From positions 1 to 27,453 of the forward strand of contig CBDVDR010000028.1 of assembly GCA_965372795.1 (NCBI GenBank): a DNA stretch of 27,453 bases. The letters run 5' to 3'. A model generated the notes under the pieces. It saw nothing but the letters and a program-made list of their open reading frames with translations, had not been told where the DNA came from and searched no databases. The stretch is from an uncultured bacterium (GTDB taxonomy: Bacteria > Zixibacteria > MSB-5A5 > GN15 > FEB-12). This document shows positions 26,520 to 27,453 of this stretch, in pieces (position 1 is the first letter of the stretch; each line of letters begins with the position of its first letter). Position numbers and translations under genes: made by a program.

Positions 26520-27453
26520 ATGAAAAAGCAATTTATCTTCTCAGTTTCATTATTAGTTCTTGCAACATTTGTAATTTCCCATGCGAGAACAGCTTACGAG
26601 GTACCCAAAAACACCGGAACTATCACAAAATCAACAGCCTTCCCTGCTGATCAGGCGGCTGATCACAGCGTTGGCAAACTTCAGTTGACAGTATCAAATA
26701 TTGGTACTTTTGGCGATGGTTTTATTGGAGGAACAGACCCCTTTACCGGTCGAGCCGTTGTTGGGGGAATTTATCCAAAGGGTTCTGATGCCAAATATGT
26801 GTTTGCCGGTGCTTTTTGGATTGGTGCCGTTGTCGGTCGTGATACTCTGGTATCAACCGGTGCTGATGGTTGGACCCCGGCTGCTAGTGAATTACACCCT
26901 GATGTAATTGGAAAAGGCGAGTTAATCAGACGCTCTCAAATTGACCCTTCTTCTGATGAGTTTGAGGGTGCGATTTCTGAAGAAGATATCATTGCCGTTT
27001 ATACCGATACATTAACTGATGGTGTTGATTTGGATATGGTTGAGAACCGACCCCATAAACCTTTAAATATTAAAGTCAACGAAAGCAGCTATGCCTGGTC
27101 ATACTCTTATGCTGAAGATTTTGTTCTCTTTGACTACAAAATAACAAATATCGGTTTTGAACGGCTCAAAGAAGTCTACATGGGTATTTATCAGGATGCT
27201 GATGTTGGTGGCGCTGCCGATTGTTCCCAAACTTTGTGTTATACAGATGATATCTGCGGCTTCCTTCACACGATTCCTGAAACATTGCTTACTTCTACCG
27301 GTGACGAATGTGTCTATCTTGATACTGTAAATATCGCCTGGATTGCAGACAATGATGGTGATTTTGATAAAAATGTCGCAGCTCCTGATGTTACCGCGAC
27401 CAGAATTGTCAGAACCCCATCTGATAAACTTGAAGTCTCTTTTAACTGGTGGA
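26520..27453 (+). CDS. large secreted protein, N-terminal part (runs off window; absent from ORF track)
   Basis: Open from ATG 26520: MKKQFIF..HSVGKLQLTVSNIGTFG..YVFAGAFWIGAVVGRDTLVS..SYAWSYSYAEDFVLFDY..SFNWW; GAGG RBS. Confidence 0.85.
   Translation, partial: MKKQFIFSVSLLVLATFVISHARTAYEVPKNTGTITKSTAFPADQAADHSVGKLQLTVSNIGTFGDGFIGGTDPFTGRAVVGGIYPKGSDAKYVFAGAFWIGAVVGRDTLVSTGADGWTPAASELHPDVIGKGELIRRSQIDPSSDEFEGAISEEDIIAVYTDTLTDGVDLDMVENRPHKPLNIKVNESSYAWSYSYAEDFVLFDYKITNIGFERLKEVYMGIYQDADVGGAADCSQTLCYTDDICGFLHTIPETLLTSTGDECVYLDTVNIAWIADNDGDFDKNVAAPDVTATRIVRTPSDKLEVSFNWW

Overview
AT-rich bacterial window from a diderm organism; the gene repertoire is suggestive of candidate phylum Zixibacteria or FCB relatives (inference only). 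Left end: a DUF6044/YkoS-like membrane gene bracketed by two near-identical tRNA-Pro(UGG) 3'-half copies, each with a 19-nt hairpin inserted in the T-loop. Next are a lipoprotein gene bracketed by duplicated GNRA hairpins, an ECF sigma/anti-sigma/DUF1573 unit, and a small-protein/kinase-like methyltransferase/LtaS-sulfatase-like operon. tRNA-Arg(UCU) is followed by an integrase-less accessory block (about 9.7-17.8 kb) containing a wHTH+HEPN-like gene pair and a six-gene operon (frameshifted DUF1353, lipoprotein, patatin, membrane protein, exported protein, large TPR protein). The right part holds a porin with a sigma54-like promoter, a cobalamin riboswitch plus btuB, a metallophosphoesterase, DUF2007, PilZ, pspC, a candidate ECF-driven sRNA, a serpin and a truncated secreted protein missing from the ORF track. 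All family assignments come from motif recognition by eye, not database searches.
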